A stretch of 64,000 nt of DNA, from contig NC_045696.1 in the NCBI RefSeq assembly GCF_009834535.1, forward strand, positions 120,962,001-121,026,000. The letters are read 5' to 3'. The stretch is from Camelus ferus (lineage: Eukaryota). How positions within the stretch are numbered: position 1 is the stretch's first letter; each line of letters begins with the position of its first letter. Position numbers and translations under genes: made by a program. Below the pieces are notes generated by a model that was given only the letters and a program-made list of their open reading frames with translations, had not been told where the DNA came from and ran no database searches. Shown here in pieces: positions 25,171 to 38,700 of the stretch.

Positions 25171-26494
25171 TGTCTGCACGTGAAAGTGTGAGAAGCGCTG
25201 GGTGGGGTCTACCTCGCTGAGGACATGGTCCTGGATTCTGTTTCATCTTTTCCTTCTCACCTGCTGACACAGTGACTGGCTCTGAGTTGATCACTGGTAA
25301 ATATTTGCTGAGTGAGTGACTAAACCTAGGGGGAAGTCCTGTGAGAACACTAATGCTTTTTGTCACAAGCAGCATGCCTTTCTTGCCCAGATAAAATCAG
25401 TTGAGCAAACAGGAGAATAGCAAGTTGCCATAGGAGGCAATTTGTGTGCGCTGGTGTTCACCTGTAATTTTTGACTCTTGAGGGAGGTTGTAATCTAATG
25501 TTGCCAGGTGGACACCAGAAAGATGAAAATTAAAGGAGGAATTTCAGAGAGCTGGGGATAGAAATCCTCCAGGCATGCTGAGTGGCCTAGCCTTTGCCTC
25601 CCTCTTTACAGATACTCCCACATTTAAACAGTCTCTTATGTAAGCCACCAGCACTGCAAAAATGTGGTTTCTTCTTCTGCAGTAACAATAGGTGAGTATT
25701 TCATTTAATAAATACTCATCTAAGTATCACCCTAAGCTAATCCTCAGGCTCCTTCCATGACCGCTGAGTGTGCCCCACAGTGGGAACGAGGGGCTTTGTG
25801 AAGGGGAGCCTGTGTTCCAGGTGCATGGTCTCCTTCGTGTCTCCCCCATGGAGCCCATGGCAGCACCTCACGTGTGACAGCATGAGCAAGTGCTGATTGG
25901 TGGGTTTTCTTGGTTCTTTTGGCTGGGTCCCCTGGAAGCGGACACTGACGCGGAGTTTGAAGTACAGAAGACATATCGAGGGCAAGGTCTGTTGAAAGGA
26001 AAGTGGGCATGGGGTCAGGAGCAGGCAGAGAGGGTCTCCGGACTGTGACGTGTGTCTGACACTGTGAAAGGTGTCAGGAAGGAGCAGGAAGGAAGCAGAG
26101 TGTAGGGAGAGCCTCAGGCTTCACTGAACTTCTCCGCCGGCTCCAGGTGGTTTCTAGATGAGAGGTTTCCCACAGAGGAATCTTCCGTCGGGCAGAATGG
26201 TTGCGCCCTACTGCCCCCGACAGCTCCAGTGCTCAGCAGGTCCAGGATGCCGCAGTCTCCTCGGCAGGTTTGGGGCAGGAGGTCTGAGAGGCGCCCTCCA
26301 CAGGCGCCGCAGTAGGTCACCTGAGTCATCCATGTGCCCAAAATGAAAAAATAGTGTGCACAAACTGGCCTAGAATTGAATACTTTTCTCTAACTTTGAG
26401 TAACCTTATCTGCAGTATCAAAGTAAGAATGGCTGAAACTGCTGGAATAACCATAGACATGTCACAAAAATCTGCTAGACTAGAAACCACTGGT

Positions 26495-26705
26495 GTACAT
26501 GAGAGAGGTTTGGAGCCAGACTATCTCTTCCCCACTTCTGCCACTGTGTGACAGCCGTGTGAACTTGGGCAGAAAAAAATTAACATTCCCAAGCCTCAGT
26601 TTTCTCATCTGCATAATGGGGATAATAATAATAATACCCACTCTTCAGGGGCTAAGTGAGGAGTAAATTAGATGGTACACAAAAAGTTCATGAAACATAG
26701 AAAGC
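26495..26705 (+). mobile_element. MIR
   Basis: gtgtgaacttgggcag...cctcagttttctcatctgcataatggggataataata. Confidence 0.75.
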
Positions 26706-27846
26706 ACATATCAATCTCTTACTGAAAAAATATGTCAAAGCCAGTTGCAATATTTTCTCAAGTTCCACTTAAAACCTTTGAAATTGGGGGTGAGATAATA
26801 TTTCAGTTTTTAACCACTCCAGAGACCTGATTATAGTTTACAAGCACCTTCACTGTATGAATTAAATATGATTTGGAATACAGTACTTTTATTTGCTGTA
26901 GTTTTTGTATTTGTGGGAAATACAAAATCACTCAGGCTGGTTAGTTCCCCCTGTCAAATCATGGTCTTAATTACGTCCATCTGGGCCAATTAGTTTAGCA
27001 CCAAGGAAAATCATCTTTGTCAAGACTCCCAGAACCAAAGCCAAGTCTCTGCAGACCTGTGTTCGTTCCTGTTCATGGGTCGGAGGTGCCATGGTTATTC
27101 CCAGAAGCAGAACCTGGGACTAAGTTCTTGCTTCAAAAGATGCTCTTTTGCCAGCCATCCTGAGCCTAAAATGTCCAGCTCTTTTCTCTAAATACATTAT
27201 AAATGTAAATGTATTTTGTGCCAAGGAGATAATAAGGCAGAAATATACATTAGTGTTTCCACTCTAGTCTCACCTGGGATTTGGGCCAAACTCTGTAGAT
27301 TAAACCAAAGAGCTTGGTAGGCATGACTATGACTTTTGCAGTGGAAACATTCAGGTGGTGCATGCAGTTACTTTAATAGAACTCTGCTCTGGGTTTGTAA
27401 TGAAATCAGGGAGTTTTTCTAAATCACAGGGATTGATTCTGTACTCTACCCTGCAGGCTGTATGTGCAGTGACTGCCTGGTTTTGGACAAGTTGCTCTGA
27501 ATTCTTCCTGTTATTTTCTCCTTTAGTCCGAATATGAACGCATTTCAGCAGGCTGCTGTGCCACAGCAGAGATTCCCGGGATAGGGGAGAGTCTGCTCAT
27601 CTCACATCAGTGAACGAGCCCGCCTCCCTCAGGCTGTGCCTGGAGTTAGAATATCCAGATACGACTCTGTGCATGGCCAAGTCATTTGATTCTTACTACA
27701 AATCTGCTGAGCCAAGCAGGCCATATTTATCTTCAAGGAGGGCGTGNNNNNNNNNNNNNNNNNNNNNNNNNNNNNNNNNNNNNNNNNNNNNNNNNNNNNN
27801 NNNNNNNNNNNNNNNNNNNNNNNNNNNNNNNNNNNNNNNNNNNNNN

Positions 27847-28185
27847 GTTACATCACTTATATGTGGAATCTAAAAAATAATACAAATGAATCTATATATA
27901 AAACAGAAAGAGACTCAGACATAGAAAACAAACTTATGATTACCAAAGGAGAAAATGGGGGTGAGGGATGAATTAGGAGTATGGATTAACAGACACAAAC
28001 TACTCTACCTAAAATAGATAAGCAACAAGGATTTACTTTATAACACAGGGAACAATATTCAATATCTTGTAATAACCTGTAATGGAAAGTAATCTCAAAA
28101 TTATATATATAATTGAATCATTTTGCTGTATGTTTAAAACTAACACAATATTGTAAATCAATTATAGTTCAATTTAAAAAAAGAA
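27847..28185 (+). mobile_element. Young L1 3' UTR (tail type 1), right of a 100-N gap
   Basis: catcacttatatgtggaatctaaaaaa...cacaatattgtaaatcaattatagttcaatttaaaaaaag. Confidence 0.88.
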
Positions 28186-28199
28186 AATGAGCAAGCAAA

Positions 28200-29750
28200 A
28201 TTACCAAATAATTTCATGAAGACCTGCCACAAATGGCTAATAAGAAGGATTCCACTTAAATAATTATTAAATAAATAAAAATTAAAACTATAATGTCACT
28301 TCATAAAACAGGCAAAGATTTACAAGATTGAGAATATGCAATGTTAACAAAGGTGTGGGGGGAGAAAAGGATTTTTTGATACATTGTTCATAACATGTCA
28401 TGATAGTTTTGAAGAAATACTTTATAACATCTTCAAAAGAATTAATATTTTTATTCAACAATTTAGAAAATTGTGTGAAGTACTGTTCTAGATGTTGAGG
28501 ATACATCTAGATGTTTAAAAAATGTACATCATAGAATGTAAATAGAACTCTAGAAGTTAGAAAATAAATTTTTTTAGTAGAAATGAGATATAATTATAAA
28601 ACACAATGGAGTTCTACTTCTGATAATGCAGGCTGGGTAATACCAACAGGTGTTCACTAGACTAGACATACATGTACTCCCAGAGACTTGACATACTGGA
28701 GTTATCTGGCATAGACTATAAAATAATGATTCTTCCTATGTTTAAATAAATAAGCAACAACTAAAAGCTTGAATATATTTACAGTAAATAAGAAATTATA
28801 ATATATACTGTATTTCCATATAGCCTATTGGAAAAAAGAACCAAATAGAATTTATAGAAGTGAAAAATACTATACATTGAGATTAAGAACTCATTGAATG
28901 GATTTAATAGCAGGTCAGACACAGTTGAAGCAGAAATTACTGAATGGAAAGAAAGATCAGAGACATTACAGGATTAACTCAGGAAATGAAAATTAAATCC
29001 TCTGGGATACCACTACATACCACTCAGATGGACAAAAATTTTAAAGTTTGACAATACAAAGTGTTGTCAGGGATATGAAACTGCAAGGACAAGTTACATT
29101 TCTATGATTGGGAATGTAGATTGGTGCTTCGTCTTTGAAAACTAGCTCTTGCATCATCTAATAAAAATGAGAATATGCACAGCCTGTGGCTCAGCAGTTT
29201 CATTCCTGGGTGTGTTCCTTCTAAACATACATGCGTGTGTACAACAGGATACATACACAAGAATGCTGTAACAAACAGCCCCAAACTAGAAAGTGTGAAT
29301 GTTTAATAATAGTATAACAAATTGTTTTATATTTATACGATGGGATGCTATAAGGCAATGAAAATAAACAGATTCAGCTGTTTGTAACAATACAGATAAA
29401 TCTTGTAAATATAATATAACTAAAAGGAACAAAACCCCAAAGAATCCCTGAAGTGTAATTATTTTTACATAACCATCAAAACCAGATAAATCAAACTGTA
29501 TCATTTAGGAATTATATAAAGTTTAGAAACTGTAAAGAAAGCAAGGCAGTTATTACCATAAACATTCTTTTTTAAAAAAAGAAGGTTATTTCTAGGGTGA
29601 AGGGCAGTGTTTTAACCAGGAAGGGATATGGAATATATGAATGTGGGTGGCATTTCTGGGGCACTGGTTAATTCTAAATTTCATGACCTAGATAGTAGTT
29701 CACAAGTCTTTGCTTTGTATTTATTCACTATATTGCATATTTATGGTTTG
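28200..29750 (+). mobile_element. Degenerate old L1 (L1M/L1ME) fragments
   Basis: A-rich sequence with L1 motifs (gggataccactacataccactcagatgg...aaagtttgacaatacaaagtgttg; tttctggggcactggt...gacctagatagtagttcacaag). Limits approximate. Confidence 0.6.
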
Positions 29751-30214
29751 GTTCAGGAAGTAACATCTTAGTAGGGACTTGAATGAAATGAGAGAGCAAA
29801 CCAGGCACGGATCTGGGAGAAGTGGTCTCCCTGATTGGAATGCTCATATCCTTGACCCGGAATTTTACTTGTAGTTGTTTATCCTCCAGAAATACCCCTA
29901 CGGGTTTGCAAAGTCATATGCTCGTTGTAACATTGTTTAGAGTGTGCAAGTAATTTTGGATTGAGAGCTTATCTTCAGCGGGGATTTTTCCCAGAGCAAA
30001 CACTGAATGTCAGGTTGTAGAAGTGTCCCTCCAGAGTCGTTTCTATTTTTTCTGGCTGGCATCTTGTATAATTGTGGCACACCAACGTCATGTTAATGGC
30101 TCAGGAAATCCTACAACACGTGAGTATAAATTTCACTCTTAAACACGATTTATGCTTGAGGTTTTAATTTCTCCAGTCTGTTTGTCTTCCCCAAAGCCCT
30201 GGATGGGGTAGAGC

Positions 30215-30525
30215 TTTCTGGCAGCTCCCCGAGCCTATACCTGAGGAGAGCTGGAAGTGCCTATGGATACACACCTGGAGGCAGCCTTTTTACGGCTACT
30301 GTGTGCAAGAGTGTGCACACTCCAGTGTCTCTGCCAGTTGTCTCTAGCTCCGGGGGGTTGAGCCAAGTTACCCCTTAAGGGACTCTGCTCACTGCTGCCC
30401 CCTCGCAGGGCTCCTGCCCCTCCGTGACCCACCTCCCACCCTGCCAGGCTCTCCTGGGAGCCCTTCCTAACAAATAACCTTGTCAGAAATCCTTGTCTCA
30501 GAGTCTGTTTCTCAGGAAACCACCT
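30215..30525 (+). mobile_element. Old ERVL LTR (LTR16/LTR33-like) fragment
   Basis: 3' end ttcctaacaaataaccttgtcagaaatccttgtctcagagtctgtttctcaggaaacc resembles the LTR16-family terminus. Confidence 0.55.
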
Positions 30526-31212
30526 GGTTTTTTAAAAAGTTGGAAGTAATTCCTGACTATTGTAAGAGATCTGCTGGAGTTTTTCTCATCAGTTTTTGCT
30601 GAATTAAGCTTTTCTAAAAATTCATTCCTGTGATTTTTATTGGTCTTCTGTGTTTGTCACACGATGACCATTCGACTCACTGCACCAGTAACTGATAAGG
30701 AAACTGGTTTTAAGGAATCCCTTAAAAGTGCCTTTTGTGTGGGCACCTACTTTCCGTGCGATCCTGGTACAGCAGAGAGGATCACACCCCCGGGAGGGCG
30801 CCTTGCACAGGCCTCACTCTGCAGGGAGGCCCGTTCCCCTGGGGCCGTTCATGGTGGGCATCGGTGTTCTAACCCAGTCAGTCAGGCTCACTAGAGAGCT
30901 TTGAAAACTCCAAACGAAGTGATGATGACAGGATTTTCTGCAAATGATGGCAGAGAGAAGTCCACCAGAGGGCTGTAGACTGCTCACCATGAACACTGAG
31001 AGACCAAGGTGGCAGGAGATTCTGGTTTCTCTCTAAGTAACTGGTCCGCAAGTCAACCTTTAAGTGCTGAGGTGTCCCTCAGTACTGGAAGTGGCCTGGA
31101 GTTCTACTGTTTGGGACTTCTGTAACCTGAGGGGAAGATCTGAGTTCTCTTTGTCAACTTCAGTCACCCTCTGTCAGAATCCAGGTTGGAAAAGAGCCCT
31201 CCTGTTAGATCC

Positions 31213-31705
31213 TGTGATGGTTAATTTTATGTGTCAACTTGGCAAGGCTGTGTGCCCAGGTGTTTGGTCCGACACCAGTCTAGATATTGGCTGAGGTGTT
31301 TTTTAGATGTGATTAACATCAAGTCAGTGGGCTTTGAGGAAAGCAGATTACCCTCCACAATGCGGGTGAGCATCATGCAGTCAGCTGAAGGCCTTAGGAG
31401 AGCAGACTGAAGTCTCCTGAGGAAGATGGAACCGTCTCTAGACAGCCTTACACTCAAGACTGCAGTATTAACTCTCTCGTACATCTCCAGCCTGAGAGCC
31501 TGTCCTGCAGGTTTTGGATTTGCCATGCCATAACTGTGAGAGCCAGTTACTTAAAATGAATCTGCCTCTCTGTCTCTCTCTGTCTCTGTCTCTTTCTCTC
31601 TGTGTACGTGTCTGCGTGTGTGTGTGTAGTCACTGATACGCGTGCGCGTGCGCACACACACACATCCTATTGGTTCTATTTCCCTGGAAAAGTCTGACTA
31701 AGACA
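31213..31705 (+). mobile_element. MLT2 (ERVL) solo LTR with internal compound CT/GT/CA microsatellite
   Basis: Starts tgtgatggttaattttatgtgtcaacttggc and ends cctattggttctatttccctggaaaagtctgactaagaca, the canonical MLT2 ends. Confidence 0.88.
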
Positions 31706-32189
31706 GATTTCATTCAATGTCCCTGATCAGAGACCCTCATTCTGGACATTTCTTTGTTTAGTCGGTTCTTGCTCACTTTCGTGTAAGTTACAGCGCATGT
31801 TAGTTTTGTGGTATTTTTCTCCCCATAAGTTATGTGAATTCCTTAGAATTCTAGCAACATGCTGTGATGCTGAAAATAATTACATACTTTCTCCCCTAGA
31901 TATGATTTCAACCATTTGGAGGACAGTTTGAAATTTCAGTAGGATCTGACTATTTAAGTCCATATTTGTCCTAATGATGAGCCAAATCTTGTTACATGTG
32001 TGTTTTTCTATTTAGTCTTTTAAAGGTACAGGTATCACCAACTTGGGTATTAGGAGAATGTTGCGGTGTAAAGCCTGTCACTGATTAAGTCTGTAACCTC
32101 AATATGACAACCCAGCTATTTATACATGAAGATAAGAATGAATATTTTCCTCAAAAAACGAAAGAAAGGCTGAACTTCTAGGTAACTTT

Positions 32190-32538
32190 TCATGGCCAGC
32201 CTCCAAGACAAGATTCTTGCTTCCTGGTTATCATGCCCCCGTATGGTCCCCTCCCTTATGGAATAGGACCAACCTGTGTTGCCTAGACAATGGTGTGCAA
32301 ATTGGAGAGTGTGTCATCCACAGCCAGGTAGCAAAAGATAGAAGATAGTGCAGCTCTGCCTTGCTCTTTGGGCTGTGCCCTCTGGGGGAAGCCAGCTGCC
32401 ATGTTGTGGGGACACCCAGGCTGCCCTGGGGAGAGGTCCGTGTGCAGGGATGGGGTCTCCTGCCAGGAGCCACGTGGGAGCTTAGGGTTAGATATTCCCG
32501 TCTCCATTAAGCCTGCCCATGACTATCGCCCCAGATGA
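32190..32538 (+). mobile_element. MLT1 (MaLR) LTR fragment, cut by an L1
   Basis: ggccagcctccaagac...ttcctggttatcatgccc...gaagccagctgccatgttgtg. Confidence 0.65.
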
Positions 32539-33137
32539 CTTTTTTTTTTTCAATTGAAATAGAGTTGATTGACAATGTTGTGTTAGTTTCTGGTGTACAG
32601 CATAGTGATTCAGTTATGTATATTCTTTTTCAGGTTAGTTTTCATTGCAGGTTATTATAAGATATTGAGGATAGTTCCCTGTGCTGTACAGAAGGACTTT
32701 GTTGTTTATTTTATATATAGTAGTGTGTATCCATTAGTCCCAAACTCCTATTTATCCCTCCCTCCTCTCATCGTTGGTAACCATAAGTTTGTTTTTTATG
32801 TCTGTGAGTCTCTTTCTGTTTTGTAAATAAGTTTATATCTTTTTTAGATTCCATACTTAAATGATTGTATAATATTTGTCTTTCTCTGTCTGACTTATTT
32901 CACAGAGTATAATACCATCCAGGTCCATCTATCTTGCTGCAAATGGCATTATTTTATTTTTTTCTTTAGCTGAGTAGTATCCCATTGTATAAATATACCA
33001 CAGCTTCTTTATCCAGTCATCTGTCGATGGACATTTAGGCTGCTTCCATGTCTTGGCTGTTGTAAATAGTACTGCTGTGAACATTGGGGTATATGTATCT
33101 TTTTGAATTAGAGTTTTCTCCAGATATAGCCCAGGAT
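32539..33137 (-). mobile_element. Young 5'-truncated L1 (tail type 1), unmasked
   Basis: Poly-T then caattgaaatagagttgattgacaatg. The minus-strand ORF encodes the ORF2 C-terminus YTPMFTAVLFTTAKTWKQPKCPSTDDWIKKLWYIYTMGYYSA. Confidence 0.92.
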
Positions 33138-33474
33138 TGGCAGTTTCCTGACTGCCTCCAGCTGGACAGTTAACAGAGGGTGCTGTCAATGGGAAACAAA
33201 TATTTTCCAAGAGAAAGGAGGTAGAAAAGAGAAATTACAACTCCAGGATTTCATTGGAGAGGAAATCATGTTTGACTCACATGGTGTCCTCTCTGTCAAC
33301 AAGCAAATTGCTAGATGCGTTCAGAAGTGCCCCAGCCTCTGTTAAGGAGGAAATACAGCCAAGGGAAAATTGGAGAAAAGGCAGAGGCTTCGTTTTGACA
33401 GCATCTTAAAATCTTCAGCTTGGTAAAGTCTTAGCTATAATCTTCTGGACAAACACTTGGTGGCCCTCAGCACA

Positions 33475-33568
33475 CAGACCCACCAATTAGAGTCCAGGCT
33501 TCATCAGGTTCCTGCGTGAGTCACTCCAGACCCACCAATCGGAGTCCAGGCTTCATCAGGTGCCCTGC
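33475..33568. repeat. Imperfect tandem duplication, about 41-bp core, period 52
   Basis: cagacccaccaattagagtccaggcttcatcaggttcctgc (33475-33515) versus cagacccaccaatcggagtccaggcttcatcaggtgccctgc (33527-33568). Confidence 0.9.
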
Positions 33569-34062
33569 ACAATTCCTGTACACACTGGTCTAGTCTGTTA
33601 CTCCATGTCATACATTTGTAACCCTTAGAGCAGGAAAACAACCTGAAATCAGCTAGTTCAGGCTCCTGCTTTGAGTTATTAGTATCTGCATTTTACAGAT
33701 GAGACACCTAAGACCCAGGGAACTTAAGCCCGTTGCCTAAGGTTACAGAACTCAATGCTTTCTGCCACAAACGGCATCCAGCCATAGGAACCAGCCTTTC
33801 CTGGGCCTCTGTTCAGTCTCCCTATCTTTCCCCTTGGAGACAGTGGATTTCCTGGCCTGTATTCATTTCTCTGAATCTAGTGGGAAAAAGACAAACTTTA
33901 CCTAGTTATTTTGGCTTTTGCATTTCAAACCAGAAAATAAAGTTTCTGAGAAATGTTATAGTTTTGCCGAAGGGAGAAACAGCTTGACACCCAGAATAAA
34001 AACATAGACTTCGGAGCTTGAGGGAGACCTACTTCCAAGTGGATCATAGAGCTTATTTCTTT

Positions 34063-34088
34063 TGTGTGTGTGTGTGTGTGTGTGTGTG
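34063..34088. repeat. (TG)13 microsatellite
   Basis: Uninterrupted tg run. Confidence 0.95.
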
Positions 34089-35515
34089 AAGCGGGGAGCC
34101 CTTTTGGTGCACTTGATCAAATAGAGTGATGTCACTCGAAAAAAAATGTACAGCAGAACCTGCTGTCCTATATACATACACAAATATAAAGGCACTGTGC
34201 TGTACTTAATTTAGCCCTCCATACAGAAAGGGTCATGAATATGCATTTTGCCTAAGAAAATTACTTCTTTTCACAGCCTCATGTGTGATGCTGGAGGCAA
34301 AGCTAATCAACATGCTAATTTTAGTCTTAGTTTTGAGAATTTATTTTCGAAAAGGTCACAGTATTGGTACTAACCTATAGCTTATCGTGTGGGAGAAGAA
34401 AGAATTAAAAAGATATAGAATCAAGTAATTGCTGCACTCCTGCCCCAAGAATATAAACGTGCTGTTTGTGTTTGAGGTTTAGTTCCACTTACAGCAAGTG
34501 ATACAGTTAATAAGGCGAACGTAATCCCTGCTCTGTGGGGAAAGACACTGCCTGTCATGGGGGTCTGGGGGTCCACGAGCTGCCCTTCTCTGGGCGAATG
34601 GTGGGGGCTATTTAAGCTCCACTTGGGGACACTGTGTATAATAAGGTGGAAAGAGGCATCTTCCAGATGAGACGGTTTGGTTTGATAGGTCCTTTAATGT
34701 GGCTCTGGGGGTCGTGCAGATGAGGTCAAGGTTACAGTGGGATGGAGTCACTGCCCCTCCCTGCCGAGTCCAGGACTGTGAGTGGAGGGCCTCTGGGGCA
34801 GGTGGTTCCTCCTTCCTTTTCACAGGGTGGGGGTGTGTGGCCAGGGGAGGGGCAGAGTGGTGAAGGGACCCACATCCCAGAGCTTCAAAGAGATCTGGCC
34901 AAATTCAAACTGGAGGCTGCAGCCCAGCATGGCTGGGTATACAGAGGGAGGGCCCTCTAGAACAGTGCTGCCTGGGGGGCTTTCTGCAAGGATGGAAATG
35001 TTCCATAATCCTGTCACAGGAGGCTTTCAAGCACTTGAGATATGGCCAATGTGACTGAGTGACAGAACTGGTCATTTTAATTAATTTTAATTTTAATAGC
35101 CGCACGTATGTAATGGCTACCATACCGGGCAAGGCAGTTTTAGGAGGAAGACTCTCTAAAGCACAGAAGTTGGACAGCAAGAGCAGGCACAGGGGGAAGT
35201 GTAGAGCCAGGTTGCAGAAGCCCTGGTCCTGATGTAAAGGTGCACGTGGGAACCATCTGGGAAGCATCAGAAAAGTAATGCTGCCTGGACCCAGCCCAGG
35301 CACGCAGTCAGAGCCCCTGTCGGTGCACACCTGTGACTGAGAGCCATCAGCTCATCTGCAGGAGAGGGCAGGTCTGGGGAAGTGGGTTGTAGCCAGATGA
35401 CCAAAGGCCTGGGGTGCCAAGCTGACGGTGCCATACTCAGTTTTATCGGCAGTGGGGGAGCCGTTGATGGGGGAGACTGACATGGGGAGGGTCTACCACT
35501 GAGCTCTACCCTCCC

Positions 35516-35857
35516 GACCCCGTTCCCCTAAAATTTATATGTTGAAGTGCCAACCCTCAGTGCCTCAAAATGGGACTATATTTGAAGATAGGGTCTTTAA
35601 GGAGATGATGAAGTTAAATTGGGGCTATTAGGGTGGGGCCCTAACCCAGTACAACGGGTGTCCTTATAAAAAGAGGAGATCAGGACACAGAGAGACACCA
35701 GTGCACAGAGGGCCAACCACTTACAAGCCAAGGAGAGGCCAGACCTGCCAGCACCTTGATCTTGGACGTCTAGCCTCAAGGACTGTGAGAAAATAAATTT
35801 CCGTTGTTTAAGCACCCCGGGCTGTGGCATTCCGTTGTGGCAAACCTTGCAGACCAG
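35516..35857 (+). mobile_element. MLT1A/B-type MaLR LTR
   Basis: ccctaaaatttatatgttgaagt...gatagggtctttaagg...ttggacgtctagcctcaaggactgtgagaaaataaatttccgttgtttaagc. Confidence 0.85.
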
Positions 35858-37328
35858 CACCCCCAGCAGCTGGGGGATGAGTGTGCCAGTTATATTTTGG
35901 GCTGTGTTTGGTAAGGAGCTTTGGGTGGGATGTCAATAGCTTTCACTACACCCACTAACAAATTGGAAACCTGTGACCAGAGAGGTGAAGTGGCCTGCCC
36001 AAGGTCACACAGCCAAGAAGCAATAGAGGCCAGATTTGAACCTTTGGCAGACTCTGCAGCTGATCCTCTTAGTCACTACTCTGGATCGCCCTGCTGGAGG
36101 GAGGCAGGCTCTCTCAGAAGCAGCGGACGTCACCAGTTAACTTGGGCTTCTGTCTTTTAACCTGTTTGTCTCTGCCTTACACAAGGTGGGGCTCCCTGGG
36201 GAAACTGAGGCAGCTCAGCCTGGACACTGCACCTCACGGCGTTGTCTTTTACCCTGTTGTTCGGAGAGTGCTGTAGCACATTAATCACAGGTTTGCCCTA
36301 CATATGAGAAGATGTCTTTATTTTAAATGTTTCTTATTTTAAAAAAAATTAGGCAACATTTTTCACACGCACAAATGCCGCTTTTAGGAAAATAAGGAAT
36401 TCTGACACCTGCCTTGGCAGTGTGGTGACAACTGTTGTTATTCTGAGCGCTGCCACCCCCAGCTTGCACTGGGGGACCGTGGACTCGGGAGAGGCCACAT
36501 CAAAGCCTAACGATGAAGTGGCTTGTTTGTTATGGCCTTTGGTGCTTTATGGCTCAGCGTAAGAAAGCCATTGCCCCCTTCAGAAACCCAGGACAGAGGA
36601 AATAAAAGAGGCATTTCTGGGCAGCTGCCTGCTGGAGGTCCCACCTTATCCCTGCCCGCCCCACCGCAGCCACAATGAAGCGTACCCTGTCTTCGTGAAG
36701 AGTCTTTCTCCCATAGGGTGGATGGAGCGAGAGCCATTTAAAAAAGTATCTTGTGGATATTGCTGACTCCTTGGAGAAGAGGCAGAAAAGTGTGAGTGAG
36801 TCCGTTGGATTTCTCAAGTCACAGGTCATATGGTCTCCAAACCTGGGTCCTTTCGGACACTTTATTAGATATGCAGAGGGCGGCAGGGTGGTCTTGCCAC
36901 TGGAGCAGAGTCTGGGCACCTGGACAAGGCCACAGTCACACTGGGTAATCTGAACCGAGTCCTTGAACTTGGCAGGCCTGTGGGATGTAGCTGGAGACAG
37001 CAGTGTGAGGAAGGCAAATGTTCCTGTTCGAAGTTATGACTCTATCTGAGATTTAAGTTCAAAGCATATGTTGGGGGGAAAGGGGGTTCTCAGGGAAAAA
37101 GATCCTCATCTCCCCCTCTTCCCCCACCCCTCCCAGAAATAAAGACGAGGAGGTTCTTGGCATGATGTGCCTGTGGTAGTTTGCGAGTCCTGATCTCTTA
37201 GAGATGTGGGCATTCATTTATTCAACAGGGAGTTGAGTGCCTGCTCCAAACAGCTTGGGGATACCATGGTGAACAGGACAGGCATGGCTCCTGCCCGCCA
37301 GGAACTTCCTGTCCACACTGGGCTAAGG

Positions 37329-37511
37329 TAGTGGTTCTCAGACTTAACATACATCAGGACCCCACCCCCAGAGGGCTTGTTAAATGTGCATTGCTGGACC
37401 CTCACCCCAGTTTCTGATTCAGTAGGTCTGTGAGCCCTGAGAATTTGCATTTTTAATAAGATCCCAAGTGACACTGTGACTGCTTTTCTGGGAACCACCC
37501 TTTGAAAACTG
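37329..37511 (+). mobile_element. MER5A (hAT-Charlie)
   Basis: agtggttctcag...gtttctgattcagtaggtctg...gaatttgcattt...ggaaccaccctttgaaaac. Confidence 0.85.
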
Positions 37512-38521
37512 TTCTGCTCAGCTCCTTCCATGCATTTGCTCAAGGCAGATGGATGGTTCGAACCATTTAGGGTGATAGTGGGTGCATTGGCTGAGAAATT
37601 CCTTCCACATAACTGAATTCCTTTAAGGGAAATTTGGTTTTGCCTTTAGGCAAAGTTCTTATTTTATTGGCTCTTTTAAAAAAATTCAGTGCATTTCCTG
37701 ATTCTTTTAAAAGTTTAATCTAAAGTTGAATCTGCAATGGTGGGCTCGGGGGCCACGGGAGTCAGTTTTAACAAGGCCTCCAGGTAATGCTGGTGCTACC
37801 TCCAGCTTGAGCACATCAGAGACAGGCTAGAGACAGCTGGGCTGAGTGTGAGGGCCCCGGCATTCAGTATTCCCAGCTCCCCTCAGATACTTTACCAGGA
37901 TGACTAAGCTTCAAGTTTTCTATCTTAATCAGTCAAAAGTATGTCCCTTTTGCCTATCTCTCAGAGTGATGGAGAAGATAATCACAATTTTTATCTATGA
38001 CATGGTTTGACCAGCAAAGATGAAAATTGCTAGCTAACCTTAAAAGAGCACAAATTCAGTGGGAAAAAGATAGAATAATTTACATTCTAGGCTGGTGTCT
38101 GCCTGCCATGCATACAGCTGTGTGCCTGTGGCTGGTTGTTAGCCTGTCTGAGTCTCGCTTTCATCATCTAGAAAATAAGATTTAAAAAATTGTCCTGGTC
38201 TAACTTGAACAATTGTTGCAATGATCAAATGGAATAATGGATACGAATGTGCTTTTGCAAACTGTGAAGTGCGGTGACCTTGGCCTGCTGACTCAGGGTT
38301 TTGATCTTCCCCGTCAGTAAAATGGAAACAGTCCCCTGTAACTCCACAGAGATTGTCAGTAGTTGAAGCAATGCCTGGCACAACAGTTTGAGCTCTTCTA
38401 AAGTTTATGTCTTCATTTTTTTGTCTGTAACATAGAAATGTTGTCATATATGTTTTATTTCAGTGCTTCTGTGTGGTAAGTATATGATGGTACTTTTATT
38501 CGAACTAGTCACATCCTGAAG

Positions 38522-38700
38522 CAGTGATGTTCAAATTGTGGCCGCAGCCAAGCAGCACCAGCATCCCCTGGGAACGTGTTAGAAATGCACTCTCGGGCTT
38601 CACCCCAGACCTGCTGGGTGAGCAGCTCTGGGTGGGCCCAGCCATCTGTGTTTTAACAAGCCCTGCAGGTGACCCTGATGCTCACTGGAGTCTTAGAGGA
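38522..38700 (-). mobile_element. MER5A (hAT-Charlie), inverted relative to the 37329 copy
   Basis: cagtgatgttcaaa...agcatcccctgggaacgtgttagaaatgca...gttttaacaagccctgcaggtga. Confidence 0.8.

Noticed and set aside
33475-33568. CRISPR-like repeat-spacer array
   Set aside because: There are only two imperfect copies in a mammalian intron and no cas genes.
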